Source: Squalus acanthias (lineage: Eukaryota). From it: a stretch of DNA of 64,000 nucleotides. The stretch covers positions 135,348,001-135,412,000 of the forward strand of contig CM059432.1 in NCBI GenBank assembly GCA_030390025.1, in the 5' to 3' direction. The notes under the pieces were generated by a model, which worked only from the letters and a program-made list of their open reading frames with translations, did not search any database and had not been told where the DNA came from. Shown piece by piece: positions 1-11,179 of the stretch (the stretch's first letter is position 1; every line of letters begins with the position of its first letter). The position numbers and the translations under genes were made by a program.

Positions 1-95
1 GTGTAACTCTACCTGAAGAAGGGGCAGGATAGCTCCGAAAGCTTGTAATTTTAAATAAATCGGTTGGACTATAACCTGGTGTTGTGCGACTTCTC
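1..95 (+). mobile_element. Family A 3' end (short arm), cut by the window edge
   Basis: Nearly identical to 58575-58665. Confidence 0.85.
10..47 (+). ncRNA. Minimal hammerhead motif (family A)
   Basis: UAC-CUGAAGA-A-GGGGC(AGGAUA)GCUCC-GAAAGCUU-GUA. Confidence 0.75.
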
Positions 96-490
96 TTTTC
101 TGAATCGAGGCATAGAGTACAAAAGCAAGGAAGTTCTGCTAAACCTCTATAAATCACTGCTTAGGCATCAGCTGGAATAGTGGGTCCAATTCTAGGTACC
201 ACACTTTAGGAAGGGTGTCAAGGCCTTGGAGAGGGTGCATAGTATATTTACTCGAATGGTACCAGGGATGAGGGACTTCAGTTACATGGAGAGACTAGAG
301 AAGCTGGGATTGTTCTCCTTAAAGCAGAGAAGGTTAAGGGGAGATTTAATACAGGGATTCAAAATCATGAAGGGTTTTGATAGAGTAAATAAGGAAAAAC
401 TGTTTCCACTGACTGAAGGGTTGGTAACCAGAGGACACAGATTTAAGGTAATTGGCAAAAGAGCCAGAGGTGAAATGAGGAGAAATGGCA
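96..490 (+). mobile_element. CR1 LINE 3' ORF2 fragment
   Basis: RMVPGMRDFSYMERLEKLGLFSLKQRRLRGDLI...TRGH. Confidence 0.9.
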
Positions 491-541
491 CTTTCATCAG
501 TTACAGATCAGGCTGCTAGAATCCTAGTTTGTTTATAGGAA

Positions 542-720
542 TCATGATGCGGAGATGCCGGTGTTGGACTGGGGTGGACAAAAATGAGAAGTCGCACAAC
601 ACCAGGTTATAGTCCAACAGTTTTATTTGAAATCACAAGCTTTCGGAGCTATCGATCGCCCCTTCCTCAGGTGAAGTAAAGAGATACAGAATCGCCAAAG
701 CATATATAGATAGAGAACAA
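542..720 (-). mobile_element. Family A single 3' fragment with tail (divergent subfamily)
   Basis: tcatgatgcggagatgccggtgttggact...ccttcctcaggtga matches the other copies; no second arm or TSD seen; right boundary approximate. Confidence 0.8.
633..674 (-). ncRNA. Minimal hammerhead motif (family A variant)
   Basis: UCAC-CUGAGGA-A-GGGGC(GAUCGAUA)GCUCC-GAAAGCUU-GUGA; compensatory C-G pair in stem I. Confidence 0.78.
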
Positions 721-2965
721 TGCATGTGTTACTTACAAAAGAAACTGCAGATGGGGGAACTGGGTGGCACAGTGGGCCTTTCACCGCTGAACCCTGGATC
801 AAATCCACCCCAGACTATGGCACTATGCAAAATCAGTTCCTAGTGAGCATGTGCTTACGGAACAAAACTGCCTGTAATTTCGCACTAACAGACAAAGTCA
901 TTCAGTTTGGATTGAGAACGATTGATAAGAACAATTGTAAAAATTGCCATACTGATTAAGTAGGTTAGGACTGAGGAACATTCTTGGGGCAGAGTAGAGG
1001 AAGCTTTACTCTGCACCTAGCTGTGCTATACCGGACCTGGGAACACTTCTGTGCCAGAAATGGAAAGTTTTCATTCCCCAACACCAACATCCCGCACCTT
1101 GAAGAAAAAAAAATTCTACCTCTTGAATTAAATGTGGCAGAACTTTGAATTAGACATCTGTAGTACTGGTGTACCATTTTCAATAAATTGTAGATAAATT
1201 TTGTTCTTCATAATCACAAAGATATAAAACAGGAATCTTGCCTATAAATGCTAAATTTTTCACTTCAGATATTGTACAATAAAAAAGTGCATAAGCCACT
1301 TATTTTTAAGCATACCATATAAATGATGTAATTCTAAACTTAGTGGTTTACAAGATGATCCTCTATTTACAGGGTTTAAATAAGTAACAAAGATTTAAAT
1401 GGATTTAGTTTTGATCAAAAGCAGAAAACTCTGGGAAATTCCTCATAGCTTTTCTGGTGCTCAGTACCCAAAACATGCTGTGACTTGCTCTGTCCTCGCT
1501 GTGATGTGAACATGTCCAATATTTGAGTACACTAAATGGGTCAAAGTTAATAAAGAGGTATGACTAATACCCTGTTTTAATGGCCAATTCAGATTCCATT
1601 AAAAGTCTACTGATGTGATCTGAATCAGTGTTGTGAATACAACAGACTTCTACATGGAAAAGCTAAGATCTAATTTGTGGCGGAAAATATTACTGGGAAA
1701 ATGTGCTGCAGTGGGAAGACAGAGTAACAATCACCAACTGCCAGAGTAACTACCAACAACAGTCCCAGCACTATATAAGTGATTCAGACTTGAGCCTGTG
1801 TTTGGTGTTTATAGAGATCAAGTGAAATCTGACCTTATGGTGGTCATTCTAGACAAGTTCAATACAAGTTGCAATAGGTAGACTTTGTCCATGCTTCTAA
1901 GGACCATCATATGATAGCAGACCTCAATGAACAAGACATGAGGGTTGTCAGTTTCCAGCAGTGACATATTCAGCATGATGAAACGTTCAGTTTTTTCTAA
2001 CGTTGTTGCACATCTAATTCTTATAAATTTTAGAGAATAAAATTTGATTTCAGACAAATTTAAAAAAGTGCATACTTTTGCATTTAACATCTTAGCCTGC
2101 TGCAACACATTACAGGTCAGTAATTCATGGTTAATTACATGGCAATAAATCATTTTATTTTGCTGTAGAGCAGAATTAAATCTGCACCCTGGAGGTGGGA
2201 GATTTGTAGATACAAAATTATTGCAGGCAAATTCACTATGCTTACATCGATGCATCCAATTCAGAACAGCTGCTAATTTCCTACGCAAGTAAAAGATAGA
2301 TCGTCTTCATTCTTTGATGGATATCCTTCATGCATCACAGGATTAGTTCATTAATCTTTAAGTCTTTGAGGTCAAACGTCACTTGGCTCATCCTTCCCAT
2401 GCAGCATACAAGTTCACTTCGGGTTACTCCCGAGTTCTTGGAGGCATGGTCAGTAGCTGGGAATACTTAAAGTAATTTTGAGAGAGAACCTGGAAAGACT
2501 GTACATATTTTCCACATGGAAATCTGCTAAACTGAAACTTGTCCTAAGACACCATCCCTGTAAGGGAATGGTAGCCTCGCGGTTAATGCTCTGGACTAGC
2601 AACCCAGAGGTTATCAATTCACATCACACCACGGAACATTGTGAAACAGAATTCAACAAATATGGTAATTTGTGGACTGGTACCAGACAAAAATGGCCAT
2701 GAATGCTCCCGAATTATCTTAAAAACTCAGCTAGTTCACTAATTGAAGGGACCTGCCGCCCCACCTGGTTTGGCCTACGTTACCCCATGAGCCACACTGC
2801 ATTAAATTACATGGTTGACGATTGATGCCTTCATAACCAACTGCCACCCTTACCACGAGAACAACTTGCACTTATCTCGCGCCTTTAACATAGTGAAGCG
2901 CCTTGGGAAGTTTTACAAGAGCTTTATTAAACAAAATTTGACACCGAGCTACACAAGGAGACACT

Positions 2966-3728
2966 GGCCCGAATTTGCGGTTGCAATGACAACAAAACCG
3001 TCTGCGCTCGCCGTCAGTACGGTGTAAAACTGACAGCAACTTCTGGCATCTGCACATCCGCAGTTAAACTTGGCAATCCGGAAGTTACTGTCAGCGATGC
3101 CCTGCTCCTCCACAGGTGTGCTGTTGCAGATTTCACAGATGCAATCAACATAGAATTCGTGATTTGATGTGAACTTCAACTTTTTACATGCTACTCTCAC
3201 TGTAAAAACCATTAAAAATGTTAAGCCTTGTTGAATGAGGTGCAACTGAGTTTTTAATGGCATACTAAGTCATAATTACTGCCGAACAACCTCTCTGGCC
3301 CTGAAAAACGAATTTTACAAATGTGGAGTGTCATTCCTTCACAATAGCATTTAAAAATGCTATGATTTTTATAATAAAAAATTATTTTTATTTTATTGTT
3401 TTAAAGTTTGATATTTCAGTTTCTACCTTAATCCCATGTGTATGCCCCAATCTTTATTTCACTTTCTGCAAAATGATTAAAAAGTGAATTATAATCTGTG
3501 CTTTTTACTTCCTGGTTTGCTGTCTGTGAGAATTCTTCAATCCTGATCAGCCTGCTTGATGACTTCACTGTTGTTGGACGCCACAGATTCCCTATAGATG
3601 GTGCCAGATTCAAAGTCACGTTGAAACAGGGGAAATTGACGCTCTAGAGCCTGCTAAATCTTTGTGAGCAGCATTTTGAGGTCAGCGGTGAGCGCCGTCC
3701 CTTCGCCGCTGACCGCAAAATCTAGGCC
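2966..3728. mobile_element. Non-autonomous DNA transposon (GGCC-terminated, Harbinger-like), followed by a related truncated copy at about 3732-4000
   Basis: Termini ggcccgaatttgcggt / accgcaaaatctaggcc; internal similarity to 49497-50272. Confidence 0.65.
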
Positions 3729-4055
3729 AATGGCCCAGATTTTCCGGTCAAAGTAACGGTGAGGCTAATAGCGCTCGCTGTTATTTATGCGTACATGATA
3801 CGCAGTTCAAGTCAAATATCCAAAAGTTGCTGTCCAAGCTGCGCCGCTCCGTTAGCTTCGCGAAAATGGCACCTCGCTGACTGGCGCACCATTAAAATGT
3901 ATTGAATGGCATGAAGTTGCTGGATTTGCATAGTAGATACAAACTAAGCTCGCCACGGAAAGTTAAGTCTTGTAATTTCAAGCTTACGTGCCCTTTTGAT
4001 TACATTTTGTACAAGTAAGTGTTATTTTTAGGCATATACGCAGTCAGTGGCTGAG

Positions 4056-4562
4056 GAACATAAGAAACAGGAGCAGGAGTAGGCCAATCAGCCCCTCGAG
4101 TCTGCTCCGCCATTCAATAAGATCATGGCTGATCTTCTACCACAACTCCACTTTCCTGCACTATCCCCATCCCCCTTGATTCCCTTAATATCCAAAAATC
4201 TATTTACTCAACGACTGAGCCTCCACAGCCCTCTGGGGTAAAGAATTCCAAAGATTCACCACCCTTTGAGTGAAGAAATTTCTCCTCAACTCAGTTGTAA
4301 GTGGCCAACCCCTTATTGAGTCTGTGACTCCTGGTTCTAGACTCCACAGCCAGGGCAAACATCTCCCTGCATCTACCCTGTCAAGCCCATTCTTCTAAAC
4401 TCGAGAATATAAGCCTAGTCTACTCAATCTCTCCTCAATTCCCCCATCCCAGGAATCAGTCTGGTAAACCTTTGTTGCACTCCCTCTATGACAAGTATAT
4501 CCTGCCTTAGGTAAGGAGACCAAAACTGTACACAATACCCCAGGTGTGGTCTCACCAGGGCC
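4056..4562 (-). mobile_element. CR1 LINE 3' fragment (short related tail at 10089-10265)
   Basis: CR1 3' UTR aggagcaggagtaggcc...gatcatggctgatc; similar to 13500-14035. Confidence 0.85.
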
Positions 4563-6615
4563 CAGAGCTGCTCCAAGAAATCAGAATAAATTGTTTGTCA
4601 ATATGAGGAGTTCATTTTATGATTGTTGCTGGTTCTAGCTTTGAAAAGAAATGCAAATGGTTTAATTGATTAGTTTTGAGAGAGATGCTGGTTCCTGATT
4701 GGCAGTGGCAGCTTTTCCCACCTGTCCTGTGGCAATCCAATATTTGAGAAAAATCAGCATAAAAGTGTTTATTTAAGCCAATCATTGATCTTTGATGGAT
4801 GACTTGTGATGCTATGGGTGTGGCATGCTGGTGTGAAGTATGCATTTAATTTGTGATTAATTTACACGAGCAAGTCTTCTGTCTCCTGCAAGAGATATGA
4901 CTAAGCTGATTACTACCCATTCATGATGTAATTCTTGGGAAAGGCAAGAAATAATTGTTTTACAGATTACTCTGTAATTGACCCAGTTTGCATAATTTCA
5001 TTTTCAAAGTTTGACTTGGTTTTCATCTTCATACAATATGCTCAGTTATCGGAATTCCAAGTGTTGGTTCATTAATGTTTTAAAATTTATATAATGATTT
5101 TCTGCACAGCAGTAATTTAATGGATTATTCATACATAATTTATTCAGACCAGGAACATACTCTTCACCTCACTATGAAGCAGAAGTATGCATGAAATTTC
5201 ACACCTGGCTGCAACAGTACAAAAGATGAACTAGTCAGACTTCTAATTAACACACTGGATATGAACATACAACCACCAGTAGATTAGTCAGATGGCCATT
5301 TGTCTTTGCACTGAAGTAGTTGTATTTAGATTCGGTCTTTAGCCAAACTCCTGTGTCTCCGAAGCAGCTGGTACAGGACCAGCTGTAAGAAGTGGAAATG
5401 CATGAAGATGCTTTAGGATCTAGAGGCACGTGAGGGCCAAGGTTGGCCTGAGGACATATAACAATTTCTTCTAACCTAAAGTTTTGTTTTTAAAGGAAAT
5501 TAATAGTTGCCTACATTGACAAGTGTCTTCATTCTCTCCACATGAAAATACAGTGCTCTGTTATGCATTCATTAAGTGATACTTCTTTTTAAATGAGGCA
5601 TAGCAGGTAACTTCAATGTTTTTTTGAGAAAAGTGAAACTCAGTATTAGGCAGGAATAGAGCTTGAGTACTGCCTTATTCACGTCGAGCAAGGTGGGTAT
5701 ACCAACAGCTCCTACAGTTCGCTAACCTTCCATGCCAAGATGGGATCATATAAAGTAACTACCTTAAGAGAAACTAGTTTACCAGAGTCCACAGGTCTGA
5801 TAGTAGCTTGCTCAAAAACAAATTCAACTCCCATGCAGGGACAAGTTGTGAAAGATTGTATTTTCATAATTTTGAGACAATTACAGTATTAGCTAATAGG
5901 TAGAAATGACAGCAAGCTCATAATCCCAGGTCCAGCAGTATCTAGATTAAGATCAGCAGTACATTACATCCAAAGGATTGAAGTGGCTGGTGGGACATCA
6001 GCAGACAAATTGTTTCCATTTAGTAGCCAAACGTGAGATCTTCCTGGAAGCTGGTAACTCATCACAGCTGCCACAGCGAATTTTAGTCTTTGAGAATCAT
6101 GTCTTTAGTCAAAAGTTCTGGGGCCACTGTGCCAATATTGTACCATTCATCTAAAATCAGAAAGTCCTACTGATTGGACAATACTAATGGTCCAGATGGT
6201 CCAATAATTTATCCTTCCTAAGCCATCAGATCACAAAAATGATCATTGTATTCTCCACACGAACTTTGTGGATGATCCACACTGGGCGTTTGACAAACTG
6301 TCTAATGCTACTGCTCTGTTATGCAGGAACCTGAAAAAGAACTTCAGTAGCTTTCTGTTCTAGGTCATGGGCAGAAGTGCTACAATTGGTCTCAGCATCC
6401 CAGGGCTATGAAGGAGAAAGATAAGGTAGGCTTCCCACTCCCGCTTGTTATCCACTGACCTTTTGCAGCAAAGTACGTGGAGGTGGATAGCAGGGTGAAG
6501 GCAGAATCAGGCTAACCTGTGGGGCACATCTTGTTAAATAACCTGCTGACACTTACACATGAAGGACGGCCACTAGGGTGAGCTACTGGAGAGTTTCCAA
6601 GACATTAAACTGTAA

Positions 6616-7073
6616 TACGATAGCAAAATACTGCGGATGCTGGAAATCCGAAATAACAACAGAAAACGCTGGAAAAACTCAGCAGGCCAGGCAGCATCCG
6701 TGGAGAGAGAAAGAGAGTTAACGTTTCAGGTCGATGACCTTTCATCAGAACTGGGAAGAGCCGGAAATCAAATAGATTTAAGGCCAGGGTAAAGCTGGGA
6801 AAAGGGGGAGGGGATAAAGGAACAAAAGGAGAGATGAAGAGACATTAAGAGATATGCAAGGCTAGAGGTGGTGTTAATGTGACAGATTAAGGCTGAATGA
6901 AGTGTGAAATCCACTGGCAGAATGAAGGACAGCTGCCAGCTTCTAGGAGGAAAAAAAGGTGGGGGGACGACAAATAAAAGGGTGGATAAAATAAAATATA
7001 AATGTGATTGGAGCTGAGGTTATGATCTAAAATTGTTGAACTCGATATTGAGTCCAGAGGGCTGTAGCGTGCC
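6616..7073 (-). mobile_element. Penelope-like family B 3' fragment with full tail and 10-bp TSD
   Basis: Near-identical reverse complement of about 38356-38790 plus 37 extra 3' nt; taaactgtaa repeated at 6606-6615 and 7074-7083, with taaac microhomology at the 5' junction. Confidence 0.9.
6716..6752 (-). ncRNA. Minimal hammerhead motif (family B), GUU triplet, sense to ATP9B pre-mRNA
   Basis: AGUU-CUGAUGA-A-AGGUC(AUC)GACCU-GAAACGUU-AACU; AACGUU palindrome. Confidence 0.83.
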
Positions 7074-7405
7074 TAAACTGTAACCCTGCATGAATCAGTG
7101 TCTTCTGGAAAAGAGGTTGGGGGGGGGGTGGAAACAACAAAAATATTGAAAATAGATTTTTTTAAATGTAATAATTTAAATATACGGTAGCATTAAAAGT
7201 CTGAAGGAAAAAATACACAGACAAGACTTTAGGCTGATAATGTGGAGAGAAAAAATTCTGCTTTAAAGTACATCTCATTTTTTAAAAAGTGATTTCAAGA
7301 AAATCTCCTCTGTGTGAGTGGAACTTCAGAGGTTATTTTATTTCACGTGTCTGATGAGCAAGATCTATTTGAAAATGTTTGCTGCAGCGATGAATACCAT
7401 TATAC

Positions 7406-7489
7406 CTCAAAATCCTGGTACTGTTCTTCTGTTAGGGATTTTTTGGCCACAACAAGTGTCCGTAGTCCTTCTCTAGCCATGTTCCCACA
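7406..7489 (-). CDS. ATP9B: ATP9B exon ([28 protein letters not shown])
   Basis: Manual translation; ttcacag|TGT acceptor, GAG|gtataa donor; 84 bp; EGLRTL motif. I did not find the next exon within 1-7405. Confidence 0.95.
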
Positions 7490-8110
7490 CTGTGAAGGTA
7501 ATGATAAAAAGAGTTGTTTAATCATAAATACTGTAGATTTTTCTAGGGCCTCTTGAGGTGTCGAGCATCTAAACGAGTTGCGTAAATACCTACCTCAGCA
7601 ACTAGATCGAAAGGGAATCGAAGGAGCAGTTGATGGGCTTCATGGTGGCAGTGTTTAGTCATCATGGTGTGGGGCAGGCTTGATGACCAGCTGGTCTTTT
7701 CTTGCCCGTCAATTCTGCTTGTTCTTATGTAAATAACCTGTTCTTTTGGTTTATTTTGCTGCAGAGTATTTCAGTGATATGACTTCGAAATTTTTAGATA
7801 ATTAAACTTGAGGATATTACAATTAATTATATAAAACTAATACTTATGGCTCTGAAATTTGAATGGATCTCTACAGCATGCCACTGACTGAAACAAACTG
7901 TCTGACAGCACCTATAGACTGAAGAGTATTTCCAAAAGCAAACTATTTTGAGTATATGTGCTGTGATTGCCCTATTGAGCCATAATAATGCAAATTGTTC
8001 ATGGTCTGTGCAAGGATCAAACTTGACAGTCTGAATATTTTTTTTTTTAATTCTGCGCTCTCTTATGAACATGTTTCTTTTAAGTTATGAAACCAAGCAA
8101 AGGAATCAAT

Positions 8111-9092
8111 GGCCATAAATTTGATGACATTGCGCCCATTTTTCAGGCCCTACACGGGCGCCTAAGCCGCCAATATTGCGATCAGGAAGCGCGTTCATTA
8201 TGAGCCGGAAGTGCGCCACCCAATCATATTAGTATAGGCAAAAGTAGTGTTCAGGGCCCAAGCCTTGAAACAGGAATATGCAAATAAAGGGGCCATATGC
8301 CTGTTTGAGAATCCTGTGCAAAACAGGGTTATCCTGAACACAGCCGGCGCCAGGCTGACTGCGTTCAGGAAAATCAGGTTTATTTGCGGCCTAACAAGGG
8401 TCCTTAAAGGGACCACTATATAGAGTCAGAGGCACAGGAGGAGGCCATTCGGCCCATCGAGTCCGTGCCTGAACTGCAACCAAAAAGGTAAGTTTGTAAA
8501 TAAAATATTTACTTTAATGTGGAGCCGGGAAGAGCAGGACTGCTCCTCCCAAATCCACATTAAAACCGCGGGCCGCGGCTGGACACCGGTCGACCCCACC
8601 ATCCGATCACCCCCTTCCTGATCACTCTCCCTTTCCCAGTCACCCCCTTCCTGGTCACTCTCCCTTTCCCGGTCACCCCCTTCCTGGTCACTCTCCCTTT
8701 CCCAGTCACCCCCTTCCTGATCACTCTCCCTTTCCCGGTCACCCCCTTCCTAATCACTCTCCCTTTCCCGGTCACCCCCTTCCTGATCACTCTCCCTTTC
8801 CCGGTCACCCCCTTCCTGATCACTCTCCCTTCCCCGGTCAACCCCAACCCCCCCCCACACCAATCGCATCCCCTTTCCCCTTTAACGACCTACCGGAGGG
8901 ATGCTGCTGGTGAGACAGTGGCCCGAAATTCAAAGCCTCTTCGCCAGCTAGCTGCCTGAAGATGCTTAGAAGGTGTCCACAGCTCACCGGTCTCATTTAA
9001 GTAAGCCTGAGGCCCAATATTGAGTGCGCCTCGGACCTACCTGTTCAGATCCAGGGACTGCTCCCTGCACCCAGTTTGCGCTAATTTCTACA
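8111..9092. mobile_element. Probable non-autonomous DNA transposon containing a minisatellite
   Basis: GC-rich block starting ggccataaattt and ending aatttctacacc; termini degenerate. Confidence 0.45.
8605..8843. repeat. 33-bp minisatellite, about 7 copies
   Basis: Unit cacccccttcctg(a/g)tcactctccctttccc(a/g)gt; explains the GKGRVIRKGVT repeats in ORF 8560..8847. Confidence 0.95.
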
Positions 9093-9126
9093 CCAATATG
9101 TCTAATTTTTATAAATTAGTTCTTAC

Positions 9127-9219
9127 CTCTTCTTCCAGCCAATCATTGTACTGTACGATGCTCGACATTGCCACATCAGCTCCTTTCATATAGAATGCGA
9201 TTTCCCCCGAAGAATCATC
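9127..9219 (-). CDS. ATP9B: ATP9B exon ([31 protein letters not shown])
   Basis: Manual translation; tttag|GAT acceptor, GAG|gtaaga donor; 93 bp; KGAD motif. Confidence 0.95.
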
Positions 9220-9640
9220 CTAAATGTCAAAGTAAAATATAAAAAGTTTACATTGGAAATTTAGAATCTCAGTTGGAAAAAAAAATACCAGAGTAACTAT
9301 CACTTTTATTTCCCTCCTCTTCCTAGACCATTTACTGACCATGGTGGATCTCCTAGTCCTCCACTAATGCTTCTCTGATCTGCCCAATGACGATCTCCTG
9401 TCATCCCCTGTAAAGCAGAACCTTGCCTTTGCTCAGTGCCTCCTCATCTACTGCTACATATGGCTCCATTAAAAGTAACCTTGTGCTCACATTATTTCCA
9501 GTCCTGAATTCTAAACCAGAAAGCTTAGTGGCTACTGTGTCGTCAACCGATACTGATGTTTTCCAGGTGGGCTATAGTTCTCAATCAGTATCTAGGACTC
9601 AAAAGGATACTGATCCTTTGTTATTTCCCAAGATGTCAGT

Positions 9641-9787
9641 CAATGTTCCCCCTAAGGTGCGCTGCTGTGCACCGATCGCAAGGTCCTGCGCAGGCCGCTT
9701 GCTCACCAGCTGCTACCGCTGGAAGAGATACCGCACATGCGTGGCTGCAAAGGGCCCGCGCAGGGAAAAGAATTGGAGGGAACACTG
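9641..9787. mobile_element. hAT-type MITE
   Basis: TIRs caatgttccc / gggaacactg; 8-bp TSD atgtcagt/atgccagt. Confidence 0.8.
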
Positions 9788-11017
9788 ATGCCAGTTAAGT
9801 TTGTGGGTTCTGTGCAGGATAGTGTGTTCAGGTTGATTGTCACCCACCACTGCCATAAGCAGACTTTGCTTTCTTTATGCTCCAGAGCGTGTCTTTATTT
9901 GCCTAATTTCCAGGTAAGGCTCAAGAATCAAATCAAGAACCGTCATCACTGTAAACCAGGTTTCCTGTTCACTATCCAGCAACTGCTGCTGGTAAGTAAA
10001 TGTGTGGGAACATTAGGGAACGGTGCGATTGGGTTTGGATTCAATATCCCCACCAATAGCTTGCTGATATTCACTATAGAAAAAAAAATAGGAGCAGGTG
10101 TAGGCCATTCGGTCCTTCGAGCCTGCTCCGCCATTCAATATCATGGCTGATCCTCTATCTCAATACCATATTCCCGCTCTCTCCCCATACCCCTTGATGC
10201 CTTTTGTGTCTAGAAATCTATCTATCTCCTTCTTCAATATATTCAGTGACTTGGCCTCTACAGCCTATCTAGGTTCAGATTTGAAGAATGGTCACTTGGG
10301 TAATGTACCAGAAAGCTACCCGCACCAACATGAAATAGCACATTCTGGAGACAAGGGGAAAAACTGGGGAAACAGCGATATTGCTGGTTTAAAAGTTTGA
10401 CATTATCGATGTTTACTTCAGTCATGTTCAAATATTTAGACAACTTTACTGTAAAAAAAAATATATTAATTCTGCGTGACCGCAACACTTCAAAGGATTT
10501 TGACAATGTTACAAGCTATAAAAGCAAAGCGACAGAAGTTCATCAACACAGGTTATTTTATAAACCACGGCAGACTCTCAAAAGTCTATTACTTTTAGTT
10601 ATACAACCCTTCCTTTTCTACCTATGAGTAGTTTTTCTCATTCATATTTGCATTTTACATTATCTCTGGCACCTGTGTTACCAGCACAAGTAAAGCCATG
10701 GAGTTTGCTGTGTGTCAGGAAGGAATGTGTCTTACTAGTACATTTACTATTGTATGTACACTACATTTTGTTTTTAGACAGTTTATGCCAGGAGCAGCTG
10801 TAGCCACTTACCACGTCTTTGACGTGTGGTAACATTCAGGAAAGGGTACTAATGGTTTGCTATGTTGACCAAAAGCTAGAAATGAGCTTTATCACAATGT
10901 AGTTTTACAGGAATTAGCATATACTCAATAAATATTTCAACTTTTCCAATGTAGGAGATGAAACATTTTTATAAAATGTTGGATCTATTTTTGTCTACAC
11001 TTATTTATGAAACTCAC

Positions 11018-11179
11018 CCTGACAATGATGCCCATTCTTTTGCTTTCCGATGTGAAAGGGAAAACCTGTAGAATGATGAATGGAAGGATTTGTCCACCAG
11101 GGGTCTTCAGCTGCATAGATGAGAGATCTCTGCTCACCAATGTCAGACCCACGCTCTGTGTCCACTGTACAAGAGCCAC
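11018..11179 (-). CDS. ATP9B: ATP9B exon ([54 protein letters not shown])
   Basis: ORF 10985..11179; tttag|GTG acceptor, AGG|gtgagt donor; 162 bp; [10 protein letters not shown] nucleotide-binding motif. Confidence 0.96.

Noticed and set aside
5247..6331. Exon-like minus-strand segments with plausible acceptors near 6331 and 5476 and a donor near 5762
   Set aside because: They do not encode the expected next ATP9B peptide, the longer segment has stops in the frames I read, and I recognise no protein family.
8560..8847. ORF with GKGRVIRKGVT repeats; CRISPR-like periodicity
   Set aside because: Tandem 33-bp minisatellite with no unique spacers, in a vertebrate intron.
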